64,000 nt of DNA, taken from contig NIVC01000851.1 of assembly GCA_002269645.1 (NCBI GenBank), forward strand, positions 126,846 to 190,845, in the 5' to 3' direction. The translations under genes were made by a program, and so were the position numbers. The notes beneath the pieces were generated by a model. It saw only the letters and a list, made by a program, of their open reading frames with translations. It made no database searches and was not told where the DNA came from. Shown in pieces: positions 47,581 through 61,304 of this stretch. Within the stretch, counting starts at the first letter, position 1; every line of letters begins with the position of its first letter. The stretch comes from Macrostomum lignano (lineage: Eukaryota).

Positions 47581-50500
47581 ATGCAACAGCTGACCCTTGC
47601 CTTGATAGTTTCTGTCGCCACCGCAGCAGCAGGAGCAGCAGTGGCGGCGCCAGCAGGTTCCAGATTTCCGATCTACTTCTTCTACGACAGCTCGGCTCCG
47701 CCAGGCACCGAGATTGTCTTCAGGCGCGTCGCTGCCGACGTCGCATCGAGCGTCGGAGTCGTCGAAGTCGTCCCGTTGGAGCCTAACATCAGTCAAAGCG
47801 GCTACAGCATGCTCTCCAGGCTCTGCTCAGCCACCAGAGCCGGTGCCGCGGCCCTGTTTGCCTCAGTATGTCCGGAGGCTGACCGCCTCATCGCCAGCTG
47901 GGCCAGAGCGCACGACATGCTCTACATCGCCTGGCGGCAGGCTTTTCCCGACTTGCCGGGCACCAGGCTCAGCCCGCTACCCGAATTGGCGCCGGCGTTT
48001 GAGAGCCTCCTGGCCTACCTCAACTGGACGGATTTCTCCTACGTCTACGCTGACGACGCCGGCTTCCGTCGGGGTGTTCGCCTCGCTGAGGCGCTACGGC
48101 GTCGGAAGCGACAGGACGAGGCCGACAGCGCCGGATTTGGCAGCGCCGGGGAGAGTATCGATTTTCGACGGGTGGCGCCGGCCGCCGGGCCATCGCTTAC
48201 GTTCTCGGCCACGGCCGGCCGGATCTCAACCCGCCGTCGCACGATGTTCTGGCGATGCAATCAGCTCTGACCGCCCTGGCGGAGGCCGCTAATTCGGTCG
48301 GCTTGGCAACAAGCGACGATCATGTCGTCAGCAGAACAACTGTCCTGACCTGGCCAGACCTGTCCTGCCCCGGAGGCGACGTCGGTTTAGTAGTTGGTCG
48401 GCGAAAAATCCGGGGCGACGGCAGCCAGCGACGTCACAGTCTTGAACGTCGAGAGCTTCGCCACCGCCTGCACCAAGCCGTTGCCTCGAGGCTTTCAAGC
48501 AGCGGCTCCGATACCATCCGCGTGATGGACCTGATGGGCGCGCCGCACCGCTCCCAACCAATTGGAGTCTGGACCCCTGCCGGCGGCCTCAACATCACCA
48601 ACGACCGGCACCGAAGGCGGTCCGGCGCTAGCGGCGCAAACGACACAGCAGATGCGAGCCTCAGGCTCGGCAATGGCACCGTGATCCGGGTGGTCAGCAT
48701 CCTCAACGAGCCGTTTGTCATGTTGCGCGAGGGCAGCGAGAACGCCTCGGATTTCAGGCAGCGCTATCACGGATTCTGCATTGACTTGGCCGAGATGGTC
48801 TTCGCCAAGCTGGGTGTCGACTGGCAGCTGCACCTGGTTGAGGACGGAAAGTACGGCGCCCAGGAGCCCAGCCCCGATGGCAGCGGGGAGCTCGAGTGGA
48901 ACGGAATGATGGGTGAGGCGGTGAGATCGCTATGATTGGGAGATCTGGAATCATCACAATGACAGTACGAACTCTGGAACTGCATTCAAAGTGGGAGTAC
49001 CTGAAGTCTGAGGAATAGCTAAATACTTACCTGAGATTTAAGACACCTGAAGACTGAAGTTGTACAGCGGGGATACGTCGTAGGACAGGAGTCGGCAAAC
49101 TCCGGCCTGCGGAGCCTCTCTATCCGGCTCCCGGGTCCTTTGAAACTTTACAACAGCAACCCGGCCCGCTCAAGGTTTGCGTCTCTTCTTAACTTTCTCT
49201 CTTCTCTCCTCTCTCTTTTCTCTCATCTGGCCTGCAGCCATGAGCTGGATTCACTATGTCGGAGGATAACTGAAGATGGAGGAGAGGAATATTTTTGAAA
49301 CTTAAGGTCGGAGTAAGCATACGAGAGATCTCTACTCTCGTATATATCTAGGACTGCTGGGTTCGGAGTAAAGGGATATCTGAGGTGAGAGTAGAGAATT
49401 CAGGAAGTCAGGGTGCAAAGTTGACGAGGCCAGTTACTTGTCAAAAAGCTATTCTACGCATTATAAAATTTTAATTTCTTTTCTGCTCAATCTGAAGCTT
49501 CAGGTGTTTGAAATTCAATCGGGAACAGTAATAACTGCAGTTAAATCAGCGGCCCCAGATTCAGACAGCTGGGCTGATGAGGCCAATCAGAAAAATGTCA
49601 ACTGTTTTTCTTTCAATCAAAGCCAAGAAATACGATTGGGAGTTACAATCGGTCGGTGCAAAAAGCGGGGATGATCAAACGGAGATGCTGGGGGTGGAGG
49701 AAACTGTTGGATCAGTTCAGAATAGGGGAGTAAATTCGCCAGGCAGTGGAAACCCTCCCTGATTTCTCATGGGGCCTGGAAAGGCAAGGTCAGGTTGGGG
49801 GTGAATGAGTTGGCTTAAGCAAATTTTGTGACGAGGAGTCCACGCACGTACGTCGTACAGAAGAAGCCTGGCAAGTCATATGGGACTGGCCGGGGACCAC
49901 TGAAACGGAGCATTCCGGACTGGAAGAATCGGGCATGGAAGTACCCCTTCTATCCAATGTTACACTCAAGAGCTGAGCTCTACACAATCTTTTTTCCCTC
50001 TACTGAAAATCCCTCTGTATTTGACGCCTTTCAAATATTTCGAATGCTCGCAATTTCCAGTTTTGCTTCCAGTCTATCTGGCTCTATCTCCCGGGAGTCC
50101 ACGGACTGGGGAAATGGCGTGCCCTCCCCCCCCGCGAGCAATATTCGAATTGCTACTTGAGAGCGCACAATTTCATAAGTGGACAGAAAAGTGCAGACGA
50201 CGTTTGACTGGAAATTTTTTCTTTTTTCTCCTTTAAAAGGCCGCCTCCAACAACGACATGTGACAGCCAATATGACAGCGTCAGATGGCGATGGAGTGCG
50301 TTGAGTTGAAGAGAAGAATTTCTGGGGAAGAAAAACAGGGAGAGAGACCATCGAGAAAGCCTCGAATCATTCGGTTTTTGCAATATACGAACTAGTTTCT
50401 ATCAGGGGTATTACTGCAGCCAGAATCCTTCTAGGTATCCAATCCACAAAAGAACGAGGTGACAGATGGCATGTCAATCAGTAATGTATCGAAGACTCAC

Positions 50501-53399
50501 ACGTACGATTTTGGATGCTCGGGTACTGCTTGGGGTTTGAAGTGAATTGCTACCTACATTTCGATATCCGCTACCTCGTCGGAGTAGAGCTACCTTAGGT
50601 CGAGGATGAGATACCTCAGGTCGGGGTTGAGATACCTCAGGTCGGGTTGAAATACCTCAGGTTGGGGTGGAGATACCACAGGTCGGAGTGGAGATACCTT
50701 AGGTTGAAGAGGAAATACCTCAGGTCGGAGTGAAGATACCTCAGGTCGGAGAGGAGATACCTCAGGTCGGAGAGGAGATACCTTAGTTCGGAGAGGAGGT
50801 ACCTCAGGTCGGTGTGAAGATACCTCAGGTCGGAGAGGAGATACCTCAGGTCGGAGAGGAGATACCTCAGGTCGAGGTGGAGATACCTCAGGTCGGGGTG
50901 GAGATACCTGAGGCACCTATAACTCAAAAACTAAAAAATACATATTTACGACCCACTTATAAACAGCATAAATTGATTAATTTGTCTAATCCAAATTGAA
51001 TCAACACTCCCATCACCAGGTGAGGTGATTCGCGGCAAAGCGGACGTCGCGATCGCCTCCCTGACAATCACCTCTGAGCGCAGCGAATACGTGCTGTTCT
51101 CTGAGCCCTTCATGAACTTCGGCCTGTCTGTGATCATTAAAAAGCCACAGAAGACCAAGCCCGGCATGTTCAGCTTTATGCAGCCATTGGAGCATCAGCT
51201 GTGGGTGGCCATCCTAATGGCAACGATGATCCTGGCCGCAGTCATGGCACTGCTGGCCCGTGTCAGCCCGCTTGAGTGGAATCTGCAGGACCAGCCGCCA
51301 CCAGATCAACAGCGGCAGCGCGCCTCTGGTCCGGGGTGAGTGTCAGTTTCTATTCCTGTTGGACGCTTTCTTAAGGCCCGATGGATCTGAATGTCGAGAA
51401 AATAAAACTAAACTAGAGACTATTTAATTGAATACTAAGAGAAGGAGCAGTAAGTGGGCGCAGGGCCCAAACCAGTGTTATATATGACACTAACTTAGAG
51501 GGGGGTCGACTCCCTTATAATAAAAGGAGGGGTCGAGTGCGCGACTAAAGAGAGAGGCGAGAATGGAGAGCCAATCAGAAGGCAACAAGGGAGAGAGATA
51601 AGAATAACAAGATTGAGCTAGACAGAGAGAGAAAACAGAGTAAACAGAGACAAGTGAAGGTGAACTAAAGAAATCACTAGGAAAGTCGCGACTTTCCTAA
51701 ATGCTAGTTACTGACGGATTTTGCAATGAAACGTCAGATCTGTCGATTTTTTCCATAAACGAAAGCTCGGAACCAAATCAAAAAGGCAGATTTCGCTTGA
51801 CTGTGCAAATTTATGGGTAAAATTCTGAACAGACGCCTAAAGTAGTGTCATTGACCAAGGAAGTGGCCAATCACATCAAGTGTTTAATACATGTGGATAG
51901 GACAAGACGAGGAGTTGGCAAGACGCCTTTCTTCAGAAATTTTTGTTTACGCTCGTACGAGCGGATGTTACATTTAAAACGAGACCGTGACATTCTGGAA
52001 AGCAGATTTGGCGAAAAGTTGGATTTTTAATTCAATTTCGTTCGTCGACGCATTTAGCAGGTGTTCCGTGGAGGTCGACCGCTACGGCAGGTCGCAGCCG
52101 ACGCAGAGACCGCTACTGCGACACCAACCTGTGCAGACAGCGGAAAGAAACTTCAGTTTAGTGAATAGTCTCTGGTTTAGTTTCGCCTCGTTTGTACAGC
52201 AAGGCATCGACATCTCGCCCAGGTCGGCGTCAACAAGAATAATTGGTTCCTGCTGGTGGGCCTTCTCGCTCATCATCATGGCCTATTACACCGCTAACCT
52301 GACTGCCTGCCTTACAATCGAGAGGCTGATCGCGCCAATTGAAAGCGTCAGCGATTTGGCTAACGACGCCAAGGGTGTCAAATTTGGCACCCTTAACTCA
52401 GGTGAGGGCATTGGAGGAGCAACTTTTTTGCGCTTGAAGTAGTAACTTAGCCACTTGAGTAGACAGTGATTTAGCATCCGTTCATTGGCATCTGTTGATT
52501 TGGTCCATGGCCATCCGGAGGTTTGTCCATGGACATCGGTGGGTTTGGTCCATGGCCATCCGGAGGTTTGTCCATGGACATCGGTGGGTTTGGTCCATGG
52601 ACATCGGTGGGTTTGTTGCATGGTTCGTGGATCTTGATAGAATTCAGAAGGGTGGTGGGTGCCTTCGGATACTGAAACGAATCCTGGCGGCAGCATAGGC
52701 CCACAGCTTGTTAGCAGACAGTTTGCTGAGGCAGAAATCAAAAAGGTAAAAGCCTACCAAATATTTGAATATGAGTTCAATCTGAGGTGCTTGCTGTGCC
52801 CCTGAGACCACAACAGTGAGCAGTGTTTATGTGCCTTAAATAAGAAGCTCGAAAAACTTTTCTTCGCAGGCTCGACTAAGGAGTTCTTTCGTCGCTCCGA
52901 GGAGCCCACCTACAAAAAGATGTTCGAACTGATGGAACGCGACAAATCCGTGTACACCAACTCTCTAGCCGAAGGCATCGACCGGGTAATCCGATCCGAC
53001 GGCAAATATGCCTTTATCCTGGAGTCCAAGACCAACATCTACACCAACAACAGGAAGCCCTGCGTCACCATGATGGTCGGACAGGAGTTTAGCTTGAAAG
53101 GCTACGGAATCGCCATCAGCCAGGAGCGGCATGAACTCCGAGAGAGAATCAACGAAGCCGTTTTGCAGTTGCGCGAGAGCCAGGACCTCGACCGCAAGTA
53201 CAAGGAGTGGTGGATAGAGAAGGGCGAGTGCCCAGAGGACGGCAGCCCAAAGCTGCAGCCGCTGGCGATTGGCAACCTGCTCGGCGTGTTCGGGATTCTC
53301 ATCGCCGGCTTGCTGCTGGCGATGCTCACAGCGCTACTTGAGTTCTGCTGCAGCAGCCGCGGTGGCTTCGGCGTCGGCGACGGAGGCAGCCGTCTGTGA
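47581..53399 (+). CDS. Ionotropic glutamate receptor, AMPA/kainate-type (frameshift in the ATD-encoding exon)
   Basis: Exons 47581-48912, 51020-51335, 52061-52401 and 52870-53399. Signal peptide; S1 [26 protein letters not shown]; M1; pore loop [13 protein letters not shown]; M3 YYTANLTAC; S2 [27 protein letters not shown]; M4. The reading frame changes between ~48170 and 48255. Confidence 0.9.
49086..49245. mobile_element. Truncated hAT/Charlie-type MITE (same family as 34882-35529)
   Basis: Starts CAGGAGTCGGCAAACTCCGGCC and shares the CCGGCCCGCTCA(A/G)GGTTTG segment and the CT-rich stretch. Confidence 0.7.
50590..50912. repeat. 21-bp minisatellite in iGluR intron 1, ~15 copies
   Basis: Unit AGATACCTCAGGTCGGAGAGG with variants. 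Confidence 0.9.
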
Positions 53400-54802
53400 T
53401 GGTCGAGTCGGCATCAAGGATATAGAAACATGCTGAACTAGGAAATCTTTGGTCAAATTTTTGTCAAAGTCATACGGAGACACATTTTTTGATGAAAGAG
53501 TTGATGGCTTTGTAAAAGTGGAACTGAGCCAAATGATTGATGAGTAGTTAGTTGTCCTGCGACTTATTGTTTATGCTCGTGTTCGAAATGATTCAAACAG
53601 TTCTGTGGCAATCAATTCATCTCTGAATGCTCAGATCAACCATTTTACCGCGCAATTTTTAAAAAATATGAATCGATATTCGGACGAGTAGAACTACTTA
53701 ACGCAATTCTTATGCAATCATTTTCTGAATACTGGATTCTTCGAACCTGTATCCTTGTGACCAAAATGACAACTGAAGCTACAATCGACTCAATTTTTAC
53801 GAAGAATTTTTTGAGCATACTTACTCTACTATGAGCCTACGCTTCATAGAAAATTCTTCAGGGAAACTGTCGGGAATATAGGCCGCGTTAGGCGTATAGG
53901 CCGCGTTAGGCGGGCCCTAGCGTAGTTTGATTGATTTATTACCTTCTAAACCCTCCATGGTGATTTCAGTTTTCAGATCCTTGTTCATCCAGGTTGTTCG
54001 TTTCTCTGTATTTACTTGATGTGTAGCCTCAATGCTTAAGGTGCAAGCATTAGCCGCGCTGACGACGGAATCCGGGATGTCACTTTCGACCATCAGGCAG
54101 TCGACAAAGCGCCGAGAAAGCGCCAATCTTTGCGGTTAGGGTGTTTGATGCATCTGCAGCAGCAACTCTCCTGCATCAGCTGTGAGCAGTGTGTACTTAT
54201 ATTACAGCTCAGAGTGGATAAAGTGGCGTGCCAGCTGGAGTCGCTGACCACCCAGCAGGTTAATTCAAATAGCTAAGTTAATCAAATCAAATTATATTCC
54301 AGGCAGTGCCAAACACACAGACAACAATGCTAATGTTTTATCCAATCCAGTATCAATAAATACGGTAGTACTATTTGTTAGTGACTCATTGAATTTTGAT
54401 TACAACTTGAAACCGAACAATTTTGGATCTCTTAGTGCTTGCTGCCTTTTGCATTTTATTCACTCTGTGTATTTGCAAGAAGCAAATGACATGCAGAACG
54501 GGTGCCATCTGCAGCCAAGGATTGTTAGTACAAAGTATACTGAAAAGTATAGTAGACCAAAATAGCAAATAATATTTTCAGACAGAATGTTAGCGCAAAT
54601 GCAAACCAACAGTCGCTTCCAGGTGGCTAATCGTTACCTGGAAACAATAAAAATATATCAGCTGGTCTCAAGTAGGGACTCCACCTGACGCATAGCACAA
54701 ATTTCACTTGATAATCTTTTCAATAAACTTTTCCTCTCGAAATATTCCAGAGACCAAACATAGGCTTTAGAACAAGTGATTTCTTTCTCGAGCACGCAAG
54801 CC

Positions 54803-57298
54803 TCACGACCTCCCACCGTCACGCCGAGTCCCCCGCTGCTCGAGCATCCGCCGGAGTGACTCAAGCCTGGCTTGAGCAGCGGCACCGGAGCATAGTCTCC
54901 AGTCACCGGCCGCAACGTCTGCCTCCACCGGCACCACGTAGTACTTACTTGAGCCCTTCTCCACCGCGAACTCGCGAGACAGATCCTCCGGCTGCAGCTG
55001 GCAGCCGAGCTTCTGCAGTCGGAGCACCTTCTCAACGCTGAGCCCTTCGAAGGCTACAGTCGAGTCGACGTCCAGAAAAGCCAGACCATCGCCGCAGTCC
55101 TTCTCCAGCAGCAGCAGGTCCTCGCCGCAGACACGGAAGAAATGCACGCACAGGTGCAGGCGCCGAACAGATTTTGCGCAGATCAGCTCAGCCTGTCTGG
55201 AGGCGTAGCGACGTCGAACTGGATCGAACCACAGGAACCGAATGACATTAGACTGCTGTTGGGCTTCTTGACTGCGAACCTCTGGGCCTGGGTCCTTCCT
55301 ATCAGATGATTAATGGTCTATCAAACTATCAAAGAGACTATTGGTTGGACTGCTAAAACTACTAAGGTTAGCTGAACAGCAACAAGTCTTTAACAGCCTC
55401 GTGTACACGCAATAGCTACTCGTCGTACGCTCGTATTAGGTCATCTGCTCCGACTGCTCGATACTATAGTTCGTATTGTTTGGATGCGAGTTAATACGAG
55501 CTAAAAACTGTTAAGCGCTCACCCACCATGGTCAGACAGTCAGAAATTTACAGCGGTGAAGTTGGTTAACCGAAATCGTAAAATAAGGGTGTTGTGGCTT
55601 GCGGGGCTGACTTTAAAATCGATAAGTCCCCCGACATCCACCCCACTGTCGAAGGCAGCCTAAAAATTTAAGCAATTAGAGGGAGAACGGGGATAGAAAA
55701 TGGGGGTTGTGGGTTAAACGATTGGCCAAAAAATCGATAACCCGCACCCACAACCCCATACACACAGGCAGGCGGCTAAAATTTACTGTAGAAGGACTAA
55801 CAGAGAAAGAAACCGGGGATTGTCCATCTATAAAATCGATCAACTTCACCAGGCTAGGCTCGCGGAGATAAAGCGATAAAGTACGTTCTTATGCTCATAC
55901 ATCATGCACTTTTGAATGACCTATCACATAGCTCGTAAGTGGTAGGATAGTAGTTCTTTATAGAGTCAAAAATATTTGTCTTTTGAGGTTTTAATTTTAA
56001 TTTTAATTTTGAACATAACTTTGTGTAGCTTCAGTCTACCTTAAAACCTATACATCGGGGGGCTTAGATTTTGGGTGTCGATGGTTTTTAAACAGAGGAT
56101 GAATTTGCTAACCACCTCAATTCCTCAATAGAGACCTAGGGAACTATTAGCAGATTAGGCTAGTAAAAGTTTCATAAAAATTTTGGCTTTTTCAAGTCCC
56201 CTAACATTCGGCCCTTTATTGTGAAATCAGCACTAGCAAATACCGGTAGTAAAAAAGCATCAGATTTTGATTCAATGAAATAAAAATCATTAGTAATTAT
56301 AATAAAAACTTACTAACAGCAAAGGTCAAAGGTATAAGCATAAAATATAGATAGGCATGTACGAAGGCTGTCCGCTGTCCGAACTGTAGGTTTGGATACA
56401 GACTTTTCCATGAAACCAACTTTATATGCTTCATTGAAATAATTTGTAAAAACCTAACGGTACTGTACAGTTTGATATGGTCGAATCATTCAGGTTTTAC
56501 TAAATTTCCTTTTTGAATTTTCAATGCTTATGAAAAATCGAAAAATATCGAAAAGTATTTTGCTGGCCTAATTTTCAAAAAGTCCCAATGCGCGTTCTCA
56601 ATATACATACAGAAAATAAAAATGCGTTTCGATTTTAATGGTACGTCACTTTCCAGTTCGATTAAAACAACATTTAACTACTGAAAATCAACAACGGCTA
56701 AGATCTACGAATTAACAGTACCAGAATAGCAGAGTCAGTACAGTTACCTTATTAAAGACGCCGCCTGCTGCTGCTGCTGCTGCTTCTGTGTGGCGTTCCG
56801 ACTAGCCAGCTGAGCATTAGCCTGCCTTAATGGCAGCGACTTCACCGTCTCCGAAGTTGTCGCCGCGTCGTCCATCTGGCAGGCACCCGCGGCGGCGGAT
56901 TCTCCGTGGCATCGACAGACACAGCAGGGCGGAGTACCGGTTTCCACCGGCTTCGTTGGAGGCGGCTGCTGCGTCAGCGAGTCCCCGCGGTTGCTGCTGT
57001 TGCAGGGGACTTGACGACGTCGTCTGCCTCCGGTGTTGGTCGCGGTGTCGGCGGCAGGTCCGGTCGCCACTTCGCTGCCGGACAGCAGAGCTGCCAGGCC
57101 GGCCAGCTGCTGGATTGTGCTGTCCAGCCGGTCTTTGAACTCCTTCAGGCTCTCCTCATTCGGTTCAGTGGTCAACTGAGTCCTGGTGGGCTCCCTCGAG
57201 CTGCTCATTGAGGTGTTCGTGGAGCTGGATTGCTGGCCATAGCTCATGGCCGACTTCACTGGCCGGTCTTTGTTCCCAGAGTCAGCTGTCTTGTGCAT
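54803..57298 (-). CDS. Orphan two-exon gene (~348 aa); disordered N-terminus and possible ubiquitin-like C-terminal domain
   Basis: Exon 57298-56748 (donor AG|GTAACT, phase 2) joins exon 55298-54803 (acceptor TAG|G) in frame. The exons are GC-rich and coding-like. A further 3' exon cannot be excluded. Confidence 0.6.
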
Positions 57299-58525
57299 CC
57301 TGTGATTTGCGGGTGATTGGTTATTATAAATGAGAGCCGCGCCTTCAGCAAGTTAATTGAATCTGAGACCCTGGGTCCCCAGATCCAGAGGAAGTTTGGC
57401 ACATAGATAGAAAAGAGAAACAACGTCGCATGAGAAATGAAGTCTTCACGAATGTCATTGAATCAATTACACAGAAATTCCTGACTACTGAGAGTAGCAG
57501 AATTCGGATTTTGGCCATGCATTTTTGAGCCATTTGGTAGAAGGTAAGTAAACTGAAAAACTGACGCCAATTGAAACCGACAGTAAATTAGTGTCCTTTT
57601 ATTGTTTAGTTTCAATTGCTGCACTGGAAAATCTTTCCCTATAAGCTCGTAATCAGTTATTATAGAGGAGACACCGCAAAAATACAATTTTGTACGAAGG
57701 CGAACTTTTGTAGCATCGCCTTCGAAAAAATTCTCCTACTCAAAGCTAAGAGCCACACGAAAGCAATTAAAAAAATCCCTCTTCAACCTGGCGGTCGGTC
57801 TCCCACGCCTCTATCGGCTGTACTGTAGGAACAAGTGCCAACCCAGTCCAGGGGGTACCCCATTCACTATACAGTGCCATGGCGCTAGACCCCCAGATCC
57901 TCCAGGAAGTGTAGCCGCCCCCCTATACTCAGCCCACTGGTAAAGAGAAAGACGAAGCATAGCTGGGACTGCACTAGCTGAAGGAGCTCATATTATCATC
58001 CATCCTGCAGTGCTGGGCAATTGGGAAGATAATGATGTCCACCTCCCCAGCTCCCTCCTCCCGGGGCATGAGGATGCGAGTTGTCAGGGGGGGGAGGGGA
58101 GATCTAGTGCTAACTGAATAACGGGCTCCGCAACGGGCGCGAGGAGCTTAATCCGGCACCAGTCCGAATGCGGTTTAGGCTAATTGTAATCCGCCCAGCA
58201 GTCGCAGTTATCTGCTCCGTTTCCCCTTGCCCCATCCTCGCGAATTCCACAAAATTGGACCAAACCGAATTTTCCTACTTAAAGGGCGTGCGCGGCGCAT
58301 GGACAAGAACTGCCGGCTGGGGATGGGAGGGGAGCAATGGGAGAGCGAGGGGAAAAATTTCATTTCCCGCTGGATTCGTTTGCGAAGCAGTCCAGCCCAG
58401 CGTCTCCGTGACAGTCTGCCCAGGGGCTGAGGGCCGGGAGGGCTGCCCAATGGTGGCGGCCCGGCAGGTGGCCCGATCTGGTGCTTGATTGAACTGCCCT
58501 CTGTGCGAAATAATGAGCCAGAGTA

Positions 58526-59111
58526 ATGAAATGGATTGCTAATCTAGCCAACACCATGGATGAAGGAATAGAATGGATTGCTAATCTAGCCAGCATCATG
58601 AATGCATGAAGGAATAGAATAAATTGCTAATCTAGCCAACATCATTGATGAAGGAACAGAATGGATTGCTAATCTAGCCAACATCATGGATGAAGGAATA
58701 GAATGGATTGCTAATCTAGCCAACATCACCAATGAAGGAATAGAATGGATTGCTAATCTAGCCAACATGATTTAGAAATAGAATGGATTGCTAATCTAGC
58801 CAACATCATTGATGAAGGAACAGAATGGATTGCTAATCTAGCCAACATCACGGATGAAGGAACAGAATGGATTGCTAATCTAGCCAACATCATGAATGCA
58901 TGAAGGAATAGAATGGATTGCTAATCTAGCCAACATCATTGATGAAGGAATAGAATGGATTGCTAATCTAGCCAACATCATTGATGAAGGAATAGAATGG
59001 ATTGCTAATCTAGCCAACATCATTGATGAAGGAATAGAATGAATTGCTAGTCTAGTCAACATCATAAATGAAGGAATAGAATGGGTTGCCAACCCATTCC
59101 ATGAAGGAACA
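58526..59111 (+). repeat. 42-bp minisatellite, left array (~13 copies)
   Basis: Unit GATGAAGGAATAGAATGGATTGCTAATCTAGCCAACATCATT. Confidence 0.93.
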
Positions 59112-59510
59112 TTCTTCAAAAGGACTCTTCAAAATTTTGTTCGATTGAGTAGTCAACTCAATCTCAAACAACTCCGACTTTGTTTGAAGCCATAGCACAG
59201 GGTTCGAATCTTTCCTGAAACTCGAATAATCAAAAGTGGGTCTGCCGAGGAAAGTGCTAAGGTGAGACATGTCACAGTGCTATAGAGTATTCCCTTTAAG
59301 ATCCTGCAGCTTACTTTGTACCCCTCTCCCTCTCTCTCTCTCTCTCTCTCTCTGTTCTAGCTTTAACAGGGCAAATTAAATTAGAACTAACAAATAGGAA
59401 AGTTTGTCACAAAAAAGATAAGTAGAGCTGTGTCGGCTTCCTTGCACCAGAAAGCCGCCATTTCCATCTTCCTATCGATACTTTTAGACTGTTTGAAGTT
59501 AGGGAACTGT

Positions 59511-59816
<306 letters not shown>

Positions 59817-60292
59817 TCGTTGACTGTCTTTGAGTTCTGCCATCGCTGCTGGATGCTGCGGCTGCTCGGGCAGGTCAGGCCAATCAGTCTACATAATTAT
59901 TAGAGGCAAAATTATAATTATTTTGCTTTTTATTCTCACCATTATAGACCCGTGTTTGCTCGGGCAAGACTGACCCCTGGGCCGCTCTAAAGAGCTTCAT
60001 CATCCAGCATCCGCATCTTTCTTTGAACAGGAGCATACTCTCCTGAGTCTAGTGTACTAGTCGCGATGCTCTTGACTTTCGCGGAGAGATTATTTTTGCA
60101 CGTGTCATCTTCTAATTCTGAGGGTGAGAAGAGGCATCGCTCATTAACTCGTGGCTTGCAACTCCTGCATCGAGGGCCCTGGCCTGGCTCTCGATCTCTG
60201 CTTCTTTCGCAAAGAAAATTATTATTCTGAACAAATGCTTTGTGATCTATACGATTCCTTTGTCAATAATGACTTGAATCACCGGGCCATGC

Positions 60293-61304
60293 TGTTCCTT
60301 CATCCGTGATGTTGGCTAGATTAGCAATCCATTCTGTTTCTTCATCAATGATGTTGGGTAGATTAGCAATCCATTCTGTTCCTTCATTGGTGATGTTGGG
60401 TAGATTAGCAATCCATTCTGTTCCTTCATTGGTGATGTTGGCTAGATTAGCAATCCATTCTTTTTCTTCATCAATGATATTGGCTAGATTAGCAATCCAT
60501 TCTATTTCTTCATCAATGATATTGGCTAGATTAGCAATCCATTCTATTTCTTCATCAATGATATTGGCTAGATTAGCAATCCATTCTATTCCTTCATCAA
60601 TGATGTTGGCTAGATTAGCAATCCATTCTATTCTTCATCAATGATGTTGGCTAGATTAGCAATCCATTCTATTCCTTCATCCATGATGTTGGGTAGATTA
60701 GCAATCCATTCTATTCCTTCATCAATGATGTTGGGTAGATTAGCAATCCATTCTGTTCCTTCATTGGTGATGTTGGCTAGATTAGCAATCCATTCTGTTC
60801 CTTCATCAATGATGTTGGGTAGATTAGCAATCCATTCTGTTCCTTCATTGGTGATGTTGGCTAGATTAGCAATCCATTCTGTTCCTTCATTGGTGATGTT
60901 GGCTAGATTAGCAATCCAATCTATTCCTTGGTGATGTTGGCTAGATTAGCAATCCATTCTATTCCTTCATCCATGATGCTGGCTAGATTAGCAATCCATT
61001 CTATTCCTTCATGCATTCATGATGTTGGCTAGATTAGCAATCCATTCTATTCCTTCATGCATTAATGATGTTGGCTAGATTAGCAATCCATTCTATTCCT
61101 TTATCAATGATATTGGCTAGATTAGCAATCCATTCTATTCCTTCATCAATGATGTTGGCTAGATTAGCAATCCATTCTATTTCTGCATCAATGATATTGG
61201 CTAGATTAGCAATCCATTCTATTCTTCATCAATTATGTTGGCTAGATTAGCAATCCATTCTATTCTTCATCAATTATGTTGGCTAGATTAGCAATCCATT
61301 CTAT
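60293..61304 (-). repeat. 42-bp minisatellite, right array (~24 copies), inverted relative to 58526-59111
   Basis: Reverse complement of the same unit. Confidence 0.93.

Noticed and set aside
56379-56640. Mariner-like terminus TACGAAGGCTGTCCG
   Set aside because: No matching opposite terminus or transposase sequence was found.
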